From: a virus
DNA: 49,120 nucleotides
Strand: one strand, 5' to 3'
UHGV virus genome: UHGV-1311884
The notes under the pieces are model-generated. The model was not told where the DNA came from and did no database searches. It was given only the letters and a program-made list of their open reading frames with translations. Both the position numbers and the translations under genes were made by a program. How positions within the stretch are numbered: the stretch's first letter is position 1; each line of letters opens with the position of its first letter. This document shows positions 9,347 through 18,342 of this stretch, piece after piece.

Positions 9347-10732
9347 TTACTCCGGCATGTCGCTGACTGATTGGGTGTTGGTTGCCTGGCGGAATGCACC
9401 GTTCAGGCCGAAAGAGGTCTGGCACTTGGCGTACATAGCGTCGAGCGCCTTACCGTCCAGATCAGCGACTTCGTCGTCGCTCATGTTCATCGCCAGCTTC
9501 ACAGCCGCGCGCTTTTCGCCCTTCTCTTTGTCAGAGTTGGCATTGATCTGGCTGTTAAGTGCGGTGACCTGCTCAGTAAGAACTTTCGCCCACGCTGGCA
9601 TCTCTTCGTTATTGGCGGCCTGCTCTTTTTTCTTGGGCTTGCCGGTTTCCTGGTCGATTTCTTCATCGCCTTTTTTCTTGGCGGTGGCTTCTTCGGCCTT
9701 CATCTGGTTGTATGCGTCCATCAGCTCGGCGTCGGACTTTCCTTCAGTCGGCTTACCAGCGGCTTGCAGCGCATTGATAATCAGTTCTTTCATCGGATCG
9801 TTCTCTCCGTTGGTTTTAATCTCGTACTCAGTGGGTTTGCGCACGACTTCTACAGGTTCGCCGACGAACACGGCCTTGCCGTCATCATCGATGAGGTATT
9901 TCTGTTTCAGGTATTTGGTGTCATTGCGGTAGATGAAGCTGTCCGGCCACACCGTTTCAGGCCAAAGCCACTTATCTTCGGAATCTCCCTCGCGCAGCTT
10001 GTCGCTGATAGCGCGGGATATATCGTCGAAAGAGAAGTTGGAGGCATTGGTGAAGAAGAATTTGGTCTTGTTGAGCAAACCGTCGCGGGTGCAGTCTATC
10101 CCGTCAGCCAGGCGGGCAACTTCGATCTGTTGATCATCACCTTCCGAGTTAACGAAGATGCCAACGCCCTCTTCCGGCGTACCGGCGCCAGGCTCATCGA
10201 GCAGCACCGCCACATGGTCAAACATCATGTTGGTAGCGATCTCGTTGTACTTCTTGCCCTTCGACTCGCCGTTGGCAGCGATGCCGGAATACAGCAGGCC
10301 GGTGGAGATGTGGATCGGGTCTGAGTTGGTGCCGGCCAGCATCTCGTCCAGGCGGTTAATCAGGCGCTTGCCCTTCTCGCTGGATTCGGCGTACTGGCGG
10401 TTAACGTACATGTCGCCAGTCACCTTCCCGTCTTTGTGGCTGACGTTCTGCAGCCATGCGCCGACGTGATATTCATTCACCGCCCGGACATCGCGCGCCG
10501 AAACATGCTTACCATCCACTTTCGGGTGGCCCAGCGGCATCGGGTTACGCTCAAGCGTGTTGTAGGCTTTTTCGATTTCTGCTGCCGGGTACAACTTCCG
10601 GTTCATCACAATATCGTCCACGACAGGCGTGATGCCGCGAACCACGATATGTGGCTTGCCGTCGATGGTTTCAGTGGTGATGTTTGAAGCGGAGTTGACG
10701 ACGGTCAGCACGTTAACGCGGTTGCGTTTCAT
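9347..10732 (-). CDS. Prohead protease/scaffold fusion protein (DUF2213-like).
   Basis: The N-terminal MKRNRVNVLT...HPKVDGKHVSARDVRAVNEYHVGAWLQN and a long acidic K/E-rich scaffold-like C-terminus. Position is upstream of the capsid gene. Confidence 0.55.
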   Translation of the reverse strand: MKRNRVNVLTVVNSASNITTETIDGKPHIVVRGITPVVDDIVMNRKLYPAAEIEKAYNTLERNPMPLGHPKVDGKHVSARDVRAVNEYHVGAWLQNVSHKDGKVTGDMYVNRQYAESSEKGKRLINRLDEMLAGTNSDPIHISTGLLYSGIAANGESKGKKYNEIATNMMFDHVAVLLDEPGAGTPEEGVGIFVNSEGDDQQIEVARLADGIDCTRDGLLNKTKFFFTNASNFSFDDISRAISDKLREGDSEDKWLWPETVWPDSFIYRNDTKYLKQKYLIDDDGKAVFVGEPVEVVRKPTEYEIKTNGENDPMKELIINALQAAGKPTEGKSDAELMDAYNQMKAEEATAKKKGDEEIDQETGKPKKKEQAANNEEMPAWAKVLTEQVTALNSQINANSDKEKGEKRAAVKLAMNMSDDEVADLDGKALDAMYAKCQTSFGLNGAFRQATNTQSVSDMPE

Positions 10733-10865
10733 GCTGGGTCCTCTATTTATATTTTTCGTAACATTGGCGCTCTACAGCACCAGGGGAAATAGTCCAGAGC
10801 GGTTACACACTGGTAGCGCACGATTCGACCGCACCCGCAGCACCAATAGACTGACATGCTGGGTC

Positions 10866-10895
10866 CTCATTGGTGGATTTCAGGCAATAAAAAAG
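10866..10895 (-). terminator. Putative terminator after the HNH gene.
   Basis: Minus-strand GGUCGC-UCAG-GCGGCC followed by UUUUUUAUU. Confidence 0.4.
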
Positions 10896-10923
10896 GCCGC
10901 CTGAGCGACCTTGTTGTGTTTGA

Positions 10924-11715
10924 TTAAGCTGGTATGTATTTGCTGCCCTTGATGGCATTTTCCTCTTTCCAGAGGGGCTGGAGATTATCCAGCGCATTAA
11001 TGACCATCAGATCGGTCACCCCTTCAGCGATAAAGGCTGATATGGGCTTACGGTGGTCAATCTCCCATTCGCCCCTATTGTTCCATGTCATTCCGGGCTG
11101 GAATTGAGACTGTATACGCTCGCGCAGTTCGTCAGAGGTGTAGCCAATCGCCATTTTCACCTTTCCGCTATTCCAGGTGAGAGCATTATTGATTTCGTCA
11201 TAGGCCTTGCGGCGCAGCTTATAGCAAGGGTCATGCTTTAAAACATTGCCGTAGTACGCCCTGCTCTTGGCCCGACCAACTCGACTACGTCTGGCTGCGT
11301 TCAGCCTGTTTTTCGCCGCCTCACTTAATATCTGCGGAGCATCTTTACGATCCCGCAAGGATAGGCATTCAGTACATTGCCTCGTCGACACAAGTCGGGT
11401 GGCGATGTGGCCACGCTTGCATGCCACGCCTGTGAAATAGTGTGTTTTCCCCAGGTTGAGGGCTGTATTTTTCTTCACTCTTGATGATTTCGACTGGGGA
11501 ACCCCATCTGCTTTACGCATGCCACGCTTTCTTAATTCGAGGCACTTGCAGCATTGCTGGGTTGATACCAGCCTGTCAGAAACATGCCCATGCTTACACG
11601 GAACATAACCACGGTAGTGTTTTTCTCCGCTGAGTCTCGCGGCTGCCAAAGATTGCTTTTGAAGCAATTTCAGCTCATCGATATTGCTCATTTCAAACCT
11701 CACAGTAGGCTTCAC
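10924..11715 (-). CDS. HNH endonuclease with two N-terminal zinc-ribbon repeats.
   Basis: C-terminal EIDHRKPIS...NLQPLWKEENAIKG is an HNH motif. Two tandem repeats are present: YRGYVPCKHGHVSDRLVSTQQCCKCL and HYFTGVACKRGHIATRLVSTRQCTECL. Confidence 0.6.
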   Translation of the reverse strand: MKPTVRFEMSNIDELKLLQKQSLAAARLSGEKHYRGYVPCKHGHVSDRLVSTQQCCKCLELRKRGMRKADGVPQSKSSRVKKNTALNLGKTHYFTGVACKRGHIATRLVSTRQCTECLSLRDRKDAPQILSEAAKNRLNAARRSRVGRAKSRAYYGNVLKHDPCYKLRRKAYDEINNALTWNSGKVKMAIGYTSDELRERIQSQFQPGMTWNNRGEWEIDHRKPISAFIAEGVTDLMVINALDNLQPLWKEENAIKGSKYIPA

Positions 11716-11793
11716 AGATGATGGTGTCCGGCGCGCAGTCTGTGTTCTGCGTTTTCGGGAGCTACCCTAGCCGGACATGACCATTTTACCGCT

Positions 11794-12795
11794 TTACTCT
11801 CCCGGCTTCCACGCTTTGCGCTCGGCTGCGAGCTTATCTGACAGCCCTTCGTTAAAGAGCTTGCCGTTATCATCAATTAGGGCCGGAACCTGAGCACAAT
11901 AACAGTTATATCTGTTACCGTTTTCTGCATAAAAGTCCCTGACTTCTTCCGTCGTAAAAACTTTACCGTGCCTGGCCCGATGCCACTCCCTCGTCGTAGG
12001 CTTTAGCGCAGACAGCCACAGCAAGCCGGTATTCAGCCCCAGGCGGTCAGCCGCCCAATCCGTTTCGTTCCATTGCGCCTGTCGCAGCGCGCCGACCTGT
12101 TCAGTCTGAGCGATGGTCTTGGCCTTCGACATCGACACATCGAGGCGCTTGCTGATGACGCTGGCCGTTTCGCGAGGATTCACGCCGCGAGCTACCGCAT
12201 CGGTGATGATGTTGGTCAGATCGCCGCGGGCGGTGTCGCTGATGACCTTCCAGTCACTGAACGTTGTCAGCCTGGCCGCCGCCACCTGATTAAGATGACC
12301 CGGGCTACTTAAAAGCTGCTGGAGCGTCGTCTGGCTGGCGTACACCTGCGACTGCTGAGAGAGGTTATTGAATGCCTCCAGCGTGCCGCGCTGCGCTTCT
12401 GCAACGACGTAATCCATCGCCCACAGGCTTTGCTCGCCACCTTCCAGCAGGTAATCGTCGAGAATGCCCTGCACCGCTTCCAGCAGGTCCGCCAGTTCCT
12501 GCGCCGACATGTCGTAGATGAACTTACCGGCGTTTACCTGGTAGAGCCGCACATCCTCGCCGTGGTCGTGGCAAAGGAAGTGCCAGTTGTGGCTGTTAAC
12601 CTCACGCTCACGCCCGGTCAGGTGCTGGTCAAACAGTGCTTTCAGAGCGCGCTTGATGCCTAGATACCGATCCTCGATATCCCGGAACATCGCGCTGACC
12701 TGCCTCGCCGATCGCGTCGGGTCAACCTTACTGCGCGGAACTACCGGCGTCCCCACCTTCGTCTTTTGCTCCAGCGTCATCGGAAAGAGGATCAT
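11794..12795 (-). CDS. Head morphogenesis protein, Mu F / SPP1 gp7-like.
   Basis: RETASVISKRLDVSMSKAKTIAQTEQVGALRQAQ is the typical Mu-F motif. The gene follows the portal gene. Confidence 0.7.
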   Translation of the reverse strand: MILFPMTLEQKTKVGTPVVPRSKVDPTRSARQVSAMFRDIEDRYLGIKRALKALFDQHLTGREREVNSHNWHFLCHDHGEDVRLYQVNAGKFIYDMSAQELADLLEAVQGILDDYLLEGGEQSLWAMDYVVAEAQRGTLEAFNNLSQQSQVYASQTTLQQLLSSPGHLNQVAAARLTTFSDWKVISDTARGDLTNIITDAVARGVNPRETASVISKRLDVSMSKAKTIAQTEQVGALRQAQWNETDWAADRLGLNTGLLWLSALKPTTREWHRARHGKVFTTEEVRDFYAENGNRYNCYCAQVPALIDDNGKLFNEGLSDKLAAERKAWKPGE

Positions 12796-14227
12796 CGGTT
12801 GTTACCTTTTTTCCAGGGTCTGGAGGCTTAACATCTTCACGCGGCTCAAGCTCTCCGGCCTCTCGCACTTCGTTCTCATCAACAGCTGGAGTTCCGTAGG
12901 CTTGCTGGGTATCCTTCGCCACCGCAGCCATTTCTTTCATGTTGGCAATCTTCTCTTTCTCGCTTGGAGCGAGCAGATCAGACCAGGTTAACGTGATTTC
13001 GCCAGATTTAGGTGGTTCGATAACTTCCACAGTCCAGAGGCGTTCTATAACTGCACTTGCCCGGTCAGTCTGGAACCCGTTGCGGCGACCATTACAGCGC
13101 TTGGCAAAGTCGTTTTTGTCCTGATCTGACGCAAGCCTTCCTGTTTGCTGACCAAACTGGATGGTGAATGGTATCTGAACTGAAGATGAGAACTGGTTAG
13201 CAGACACTGTCCACGTTGGACTCGGGTCGGCAGCAGCGACAGAAAGGACTTTTGCCTCCCCATCCTGGGTTACCAGAGCTGAGTCTGTACCAGAATTTAA
13301 CTTTTGTATTGCAGCATTCAGCGCTTCAGCAAGGCCAGAATATCCAGCCTTCTTGGCCTCTTCGACGATTGTCTTGAGATTGGTGTCTTTTGACATGTTA
13401 ATGCCGAGCTGCCGGCTGGCATTTTTCAGGAATCCTTCAGCGCTGCCGCCGGAGGTTTTAGCCATGTCCAGCAGGTCGTTATAGCCTGCACGCAAGAAAG
13501 GGATGCCAGCCAGAGAGGATTCATCTTCTGAGCCCTCGCAAAACATGATGATACGTTCAGGGTGGATTTTGATGGAGCGCATGGGTCCGACAAGATTGCC
13601 GCTATCCCCGACGGGCTGCTCCTGGAAATAATAGTACTTCGGCATGGCGTAATCAGGGGACTTCTGATCCTGCTCTAATTCCCCCGGCTTCACCTGAGAT
13701 TCCCATGCTGGAATCATCTTCACAAGGCCGCGCTCACGCGAATTTCGCATAACCTCGCGATTTACTGGTTCTGACCATTCCCGGCTATCGGCAAACTGGA
13801 GGATGAGTGCTGAGTAGTGCCCGACAAGGTTTCGTCTATCTGCGTCCTTCACCTTAGCCCAGTATTTCTTCATGAGCTTGGTGACTTTCTTTTCCCAAGG
13901 CGTCGACTTTTTGGATTTCTTCGTCTCGTCACCATCCACTATTACAGGGTTATCAGACCAACATGCATCCAGTAGCTTATGAACAGCACCGAACGCGGCG
14001 CCATTGCGCTCATACATGTTGTAGAAGTGGTCAAAATCGAGACGCTCAGGATAGCCAAATTCACACCACAGGTGGTGTCGCTTGGTGTTGCCTGATTTGT
14101 TGAATCCAGCCGCATAAAGCTGTCGAGATCGCGAGATCTCGTTGAGGCTATTCACTATCAGCCCAGCGAGGACTTGCATTTCTGTATCGTTACTCACTGA
14201 GATTTCCTTAGGTGAAGAAAATTGCAC
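12728..14227 (-). CDS. Portal protein.
   Basis: A 499-aa ORF directly downstream of terL and upstream of the Mu-F-like gene, with the acidic C-terminus typical of portals. Confidence 0.6.
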   Translation of the reverse strand: MQFSSPKEISVSNDTEMQVLAGLIVNSLNEISRSRQLYAAGFNKSGNTKRHHLWCEFGYPERLDFDHFYNMYERNGAAFGAVHKLLDACWSDNPVIVDGDETKKSKKSTPWEKKVTKLMKKYWAKVKDADRRNLVGHYSALILQFADSREWSEPVNREVMRNSRERGLVKMIPAWESQVKPGELEQDQKSPDYAMPKYYYFQEQPVGDSGNLVGPMRSIKIHPERIIMFCEGSEDESSLAGIPFLRAGYNDLLDMAKTSGGSAEGFLKNASRQLGINMSKDTNLKTIVEEAKKAGYSGLAEALNAAIQKLNSGTDSALVTQDGEAKVLSVAAADPSPTWTVSANQFSSSVQIPFTIQFGQQTGRLASDQDKNDFAKRCNGRRNGFQTDRASAVIERLWTVEVIEPPKSGEITLTWSDLLAPSEKEKIANMKEMAAVAKDTQQAYGTPAVDENEVREAGELEPREDVKPPDPGKKVTTDDPLSDDAGAKDEGGDAGSSAQ

Positions 14228-15683
14228 CGACCTGTTTATGGTTGTTCTTCGCTACAGCAAAGTAGCGGAAGCCGTCAGCACCGTGTGATGTGAAGTCATG
14301 AAGAGGTTTATCTTTCCAGCACCCGCGCTTGTCGTCCCACTCCTTGCGGTAGCCTTCGAGGTGAGATATGCCCTCGGCACACTTCTCCTCATCGAATACA
14401 CAGGACGGAAGGATTTCACGCACCGACTCAATGCCGGTATCGACACCGACTTTTGGCACCACCTGGAATGTCATGCTGTAAACCTGACCGTCGATCTCAT
14501 ACCCTTCCTGGGCGAGTTCCCTCCGCGATTTTGCGTCTGCACCAAATTCACGATTATCAATGTCGTGCGGGCCCCAGTGCTCACCGTACTCATAGCCGCG
14601 GTCTTTCAGCACCTTCATGTAGTGCCTCAGCCCTTCACCAGAGTTTTCGTAGTAGTCAATGACGTGGAATTCTTCACCTACCTCGCGAACGAACCAGATC
14701 GCCGTGGAGTCGCCCACACCAATATCCCAGAACGTATGAACTGGTAGATGCGAGTTATCGGGGATTTTGCCGATCCGCTTGTTGGTGTAGAGCCAGCGGA
14801 ATTGTTTGGCATAGTAAGCACCCTCGACCGACTGCTGGAACGCCTCCGCCGGTATGGTCGGGTATTCGCGCTTCATATCGTCGCCGAGAGTTTTCTCTTT
14901 GGCGTAATACCATGCCTTTTGGCGCTCGTTGACGATAACGCCGTGCTTCGCCTCCATCTCAGCGAAGTATTCAAGCAGGCGCGCCGGCAGAGGCTCTACC
15001 GGGTCAATTGCGTACTGCGGATTCTTCCACCAGGAGAAGAAGAAAAACTTCCAGTCCAGCGCAGATAACGGCTTACCCTGCAGCAGCGCTTTCTCTGCCG
15101 TCTGGCAGTAATCGAAGAAGTAACCCGCCCGACCTTCCGCTGTGCTCTCGATAGTAGCGAAACAGCCTGTCGACACCGCCTCAAACGCACCAGTGACGAT
15201 TTCACGGGCTTTGTCTGGATACTTGGCGCATATCTTCCCAAACTCGGAAACGTGCAGGTAACGCAGCGTACCGCCACGGAATGACGTGCTGACGTATAGC
15301 GAGCCGCCCTTCTTAAAGACCAGCTCGCCGGCTGAGTCGTTACTGGACGGATTGGCCGCCTTTATCTCGGCCGGCAGCTTGTCGTAGGCATATTTTACTT
15401 TTTCGCGAAACAGGCGTTTTGCGTCATTCAGCGTGTGGGCAATCAGCGCGCACTTCGCTGACTCAAACAGGGCCGCGTCGAGTTGGATTATGCACACCTC
15501 AGTGGTGAAACCTAGCTGACGAGCTTTAAGGATGATGTTGCGGGTGTGGATCCCCTCAAAGTATTCCCGCTGCTCAGGCGTCATCCTGAAGCGAGTCGGC
15601 TTGCCTTCTTTGTCGGTGATCCAGTAAAGATTGTTCAGCCGCCAGTCTTTATCGGACAGCAGCTTGAGGTGCTCAGGTTTCAT
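14208..15683 (-). CDS. terL: Terminase large subunit.
   Basis: 491 aa. ATPase-like N-terminal region (ILKARQLGFTT...) and nuclease-like C-terminus (DIGVGDSTAIWF...). Position is after terS. Confidence 0.8.
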   Translation of the reverse strand: MKPEHLKLLSDKDWRLNNLYWITDKEGKPTRFRMTPEQREYFEGIHTRNIILKARQLGFTTEVCIIQLDAALFESAKCALIAHTLNDAKRLFREKVKYAYDKLPAEIKAANPSSNDSAGELVFKKGGSLYVSTSFRGGTLRYLHVSEFGKICAKYPDKAREIVTGAFEAVSTGCFATIESTAEGRAGYFFDYCQTAEKALLQGKPLSALDWKFFFFSWWKNPQYAIDPVEPLPARLLEYFAEMEAKHGVIVNERQKAWYYAKEKTLGDDMKREYPTIPAEAFQQSVEGAYYAKQFRWLYTNKRIGKIPDNSHLPVHTFWDIGVGDSTAIWFVREVGEEFHVIDYYENSGEGLRHYMKVLKDRGYEYGEHWGPHDIDNREFGADAKSRRELAQEGYEIDGQVYSMTFQVVPKVGVDTGIESVREILPSCVFDEEKCAEGISHLEGYRKEWDDKRGCWKDKPLHDFTSHGADGFRYFAVAKNNHKQVGAIFFT

Positions 15684-16285
15684 TACGCCCCCTGAGACAG
15701 TGAATCCATAAGGTCAGAAAGTTGCTTAACAGAATTGTCGCCTTCCGGACCGTCAATATCATAGGCCTGGCGCTCAAGTCCGATCAGGTTCTTCAGCGCA
15801 TCGCTCAGCGCCTTAACCGATTTAACACGCTCCGGCATGCTGATGACCTTGTGATAAATCTCATTAAGCTTGTCCTGACCCTTGTCGTCAGGGGCAAACA
15901 TCAACTCTCCGAGCTTCTCCAGTGCGGCCACGTCTGCGCACTCCGCCCCCAGTTCATCAAACAGGGCATTAGTTATCTGCCTGGCTCGCTTAATGTCACC
16001 GCGATGCTCCATGCGGACACTTGCTATTACCTCAGCAGTCGCCTCGATGAGTACGCGTTCGTTAAAAGTAACTTCACTGCGTACCTGTTTGCGTACCTCG
16101 GCTTTGCGTACCAGATCGTCAGCGCGTTCTTTCACCTTCGCATTCAGGTCACGTGACCAGTCGTCACGCTTGGCACGCTTACGGATAGCGCCTTCGCTGA
16201 TACCGTGCTGCGATGCGATTTCACGGAGAGACATCACCCCGGCCCGGTACGCCGTCTCGATGGCCTCCCAGTCGGGTTTGCTCAT
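15683..16285 (-). CDS. terS: Terminase small subunit.
   Basis: N-terminal HTH (YRAGVMSLREIASQHGISEGAIRKRAKRDDWSRD) is typical of small terminases. Start overlaps nothing; the stop abuts the terL start. Confidence 0.65.
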   Translation of the reverse strand: MSKPDWEAIETAYRAGVMSLREIASQHGISEGAIRKRAKRDDWSRDLNAKVKERADDLVRKAEVRKQVRSEVTFNERVLIEATAEVIASVRMEHRGDIKRARQITNALFDELGAECADVAALEKLGELMFAPDDKGQDKLNEIYHKVISMPERVKSVKALSDALKNLIGLERQAYDIDGPEGDNSVKQLSDLMDSLSQGA

Positions 16286-16370
16286 ACTCCATTCCTTATT
16301 TTATCTGTTCGGCACCGACCATGAGAGCCGCGCCATTACTGCTTTCTTTTCGCCTGGCGGCGTGAGTGGA

Positions 16371-16392
16371 TTTGTCTCCTATAAGAGACAAA
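16371..16392. other. Perfect hairpin or inverted repeat TTTGTCTC-CTATAA-GAGACAAA, upstream of terS and immediately upstream of the T7-like promoter.
   Basis: Read directly from the sequence. 8-bp stem, 6-nt loop, no U-run. Possibly part of the cos/pac site or a protein-binding site. Confidence 0.4.
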
Positions 16393-16406
16393 AGCTATTC
16401 AGAAGT

Positions 16407-16429
16407 TAATGCGACTCACTATAGGAAAG
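16407..16429 (+). promoter_or_regulatory. T7-class (single-subunit phage RNAP) promoter-like sequence TAATGCGACTCACTATAGGAAAG; predicted +1 G at 16424, transcribing rightward.
   Basis: It matches the T7 consensus TAATACGACTCACTATAGG at 18 of 19 positions from -17 to +2. The only mismatch is -13 A to G. Seen directly. Confidence 0.5.
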
Positions 16430-16577
16430 ACTTGTCCAACGCGCGGAGGATTCAATAGTGGCGAGTATAGATACACCACCGCGTAGGAATTTGAAGTTAC
16501 CGGAGTAGGAACAGTCACGCGGAGGATTAGTCAACACAATAGAACGCACCACCCAATCAACTAACCAAGGAGGTTTA

Positions 16578-16694
16578 ATGTCTCACATCGAAATTATTCA
16601 ACTGATCGATTCATATGTTTTACTGGCGACTGACATCATTTGCCTCATTCTCGCTTACCGAAAATTGATTGCCGACCTTTCTCAACGCTCCTAA
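16578..16694 (+). CDS. 38-aa small membrane peptide MSHIEIIQLIDSYVLLATDIICLILAYRKLIADLSQRS, preceded by a strong SD (AAGGAGG) and located downstream of the T7-like promoter.
   Basis: The ORF is not in the track because it is shorter than 60 aa. AAGGAGG lies 6 nt upstream of the ATG. One predicted TM helix with a basic C-terminus. Confidence 0.4.
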   Translation: MSHIEIIQLIDSYVLLATDIICLILAYRKLIADLSQRS

Positions 16695-16822
16695 TCCCCA
16701 CCTTATCCAGATTGCACTGCCCCAGAGCAGATTAAAGTTTCGCGTTTAATTCCAGACCAGCCTGACACGTGAACGGAATCTCCATTCCGGGGATCGGTGT
16801 GTCTGCATTTTACCTGACCATT

Positions 16823-16845
16823 AAAAAAGCCACCCTAAGGCGGCC
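16823..16845 (-). terminator. Rho-independent terminator after the moron gene 16884..17141.
   Basis: Minus-strand GGCCGCC-UUAG-GGUGGC followed by UUUUUU (plus-strand aaaaaagccaccctaaggcggcc). Confidence 0.55.
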
Positions 16846-16883
16846 TTTGTGATGGCGGTTAAGCGCTTGTGTGCGGCGAAAAG

Positions 16884-17141
16884 TTACCAGGTTTGCAGGA
16901 AGCGGTTTGTCTTCTCTTCACGCCGCTCAATCACCTCTTTAGTGAGGTGGGTTACGCACGTAAAGATAAACTCCTCTTTCGTCAACTCACCGTCCTTAAG
17001 CCCCTTGGTTAAGTGCTTAAGGTCTGGCCGCTCTTTCAATAACAGTTTCAGGTTGCTGATAGTAGAATCTACTGTGTTTTCTTCACTTACCTGTGAAATC
17101 TTGTCGACAAAGAGAGCCATTGCCTTTTCTTTTAATCCCAT
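16884..17141 (-). CDS. AT-rich moron protein of unknown function (85 aa; K/E-rich, alpha-helical).
   Basis: True start is MGLKEKAMALFVDK, with SD AAGGAGG 5 nt upstream; the track start at 17177 is less likely. Low GC, with its own terminator. Confidence 0.5.
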   Translation of the reverse strand: MGLKEKAMALFVDKISQVSEENTVDSTISNLKLLLKERPDLKHLTKGLKDGELTKEEFIFTCVTHLTKEVIERREEKTNRFLQTW

Positions 17142-17318
17142 GAGGCCTCCTTTATCTCGGAGTAATCTTACCTTCATGTTGTGGATATTAGAAATTATTA
17201 TCCCTATTAATTTTGGTGGAATTATTGCCCCTACCTTTCAAACCCCATTGATACCGGCTATCACATGACCAATTTCAGGCACTGCGTACGGATATAGCCC
17301 CCTACGTGACTGGGCTGA

Positions 17319-17495
17319 TTACTTCTTAACGCTGTCCGGCATTACCGCACCAACAACGCCAGCCAGCGCCACACCGCCAGCGATGACGGTTTCCTGAATG
17401 CCCGGAGGCATCTGATAGCCAAATACGCCAGCAACAACCAGGATAATGCCGCGCCAAGTTGACGGCTCTTTCAGTCGATTAATGAGATAGTTCAT
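17319..17495 (-). CDS. Small membrane protein after the endolysin (possible lysis accessory or spanin-like protein).
   Basis: The MNYLINRLKEPSTWRGIILVVAGVFGYQ... start overlaps the endolysin stop, with GGAG as RBS. One TM helix. Confidence 0.35.
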   Translation of the reverse strand: MNYLINRLKEPSTWRGIILVVAGVFGYQMPPGIQETVIAGGVALAGVVGAVMPDSVKK

Positions 17496-18034
17496 AGCTC
17501 CACTCTTTCCTTTACCCAACCATAGAGAAAATCTTCATTTGCCGCCCGAGCTTCAGCAAGCTCAAGATAGCGGGCGCCCTGGCTACAATTCATCCCCTTC
17601 AGCAGCGTGGTTTCGCCATCTTTACCACGAACGGCGAGATAACTTTTCAAAGCGGCGATAGTGATGTTGCCGATCGCGCCGTCCGGCTTCAGGTCCGGAT
17701 ATAGCTTGCCCTGCATATTCAGAGCTGATAACCAGCGCTGCAGGAATGTACTGGCGACACGCGGCCCCATGTTCACGCCGGTATCACACAACTCCTGTGC
17801 AATGGCTGGCGACAACTCGGCAATGCGGTCGAACTTCGGTTCAGTCCAGTATTGCGACAGATAAATTGCTTTGGCTGTATCCCGTGGTAACGCCTTCATA
17901 TCGCCGCTATAGCCATATGCGCGGGCGGTAGTCTGCGTGATACCCCAGCGCGTTGGGCCGCCTTTATCATTCGGGTTATTTACGTAACCCCCTTCTTTAC
18001 CGAGGATGCCCTCGATAATCTGATCTGCTGTCAT
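17492..18034 (-). CDS. Endolysin, GH108-family lysozyme with a C-terminal peptidoglycan-binding-like domain.
   Basis: N-terminal ILGKEGGYVNNPNDKGGPTRWGITQTTARAYGY is the GH108 EGGY motif region. Located after the holin. Confidence 0.7.
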   Translation of the reverse strand: MTADQIIEGILGKEGGYVNNPNDKGGPTRWGITQTTARAYGYSGDMKALPRDTAKAIYLSQYWTEPKFDRIAELSPAIAQELCDTGVNMGPRVASTFLQRWLSALNMQGKLYPDLKPDGAIGNITIAALKSYLAVRGKDGETTLLKGMNCSQGARYLELAEARAANEDFLYGWVKERVEL

Positions 18035-18342
18035 GGCGCCTTGACTCCGGTAATGCGCTCCCAGAAATAGGTCAAAGCAACAGAACCCATTGCCCCGCTA
18101 ATTCCGGAAGTGGCCAGTATCATGTAAATGCTCAGTCCGCTTTCAATGCTCACCAGGCCAGCAATAACGCCGGTAAACCCTGAAACCACCATTTGGGCAA
18201 GAGCATTGATCAAGCTCCATGTTGCCTTGCTCTGCTTCACATCTATCAGGTAGCGGACAAGTCCACCCCAGCAAGCAATGATCAGCAGAACCAGCCAGGA
18301 CATCCCGGCAATGCTCTCTTTGTCTTGCATACGTTTAGCCAT
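18031..18342 (-). CDS. Holin.
   Basis: 103 aa with three predicted TM segments. Located immediately upstream of, and overlapping, the endolysin. Confidence 0.7.
   Translation of the reverse strand: MAKRMQDKESIAGMSWLVLLIIACWGGLVRYLIDVKQSKATWSLINALAQMVVSGFTGVIAGLVSIESGLSIYMILATSGISGAMGSVALTYFWERITGVKAP

Noticed and set aside
9357-10904. Series of plus-strand ORFs, up to 317 aa, opposite the protease/scaffold gene.
   Set aside because: They lie entirely inside the 461-aa minus-strand DUF2213 gene. Composition is low-complexity Leu/Val/Gly-rich, which is typical of antisense strands of acidic scaffold genes.
16407-16429. T7-promoter match as a chance occurrence or cloning-vector contamination.
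   Set aside because: A chance match is improbable at 18 of 19 positions. Vector contamination is unlikely because the flanks are continuous phage sequence, with terS and moron on either side and no vector backbone motifs such as lac or MCS sequences. It was therefore kept as a finding, not rejected. I only reject the idea that it indicates a T7-like prophage, since no T7-like genes are present.
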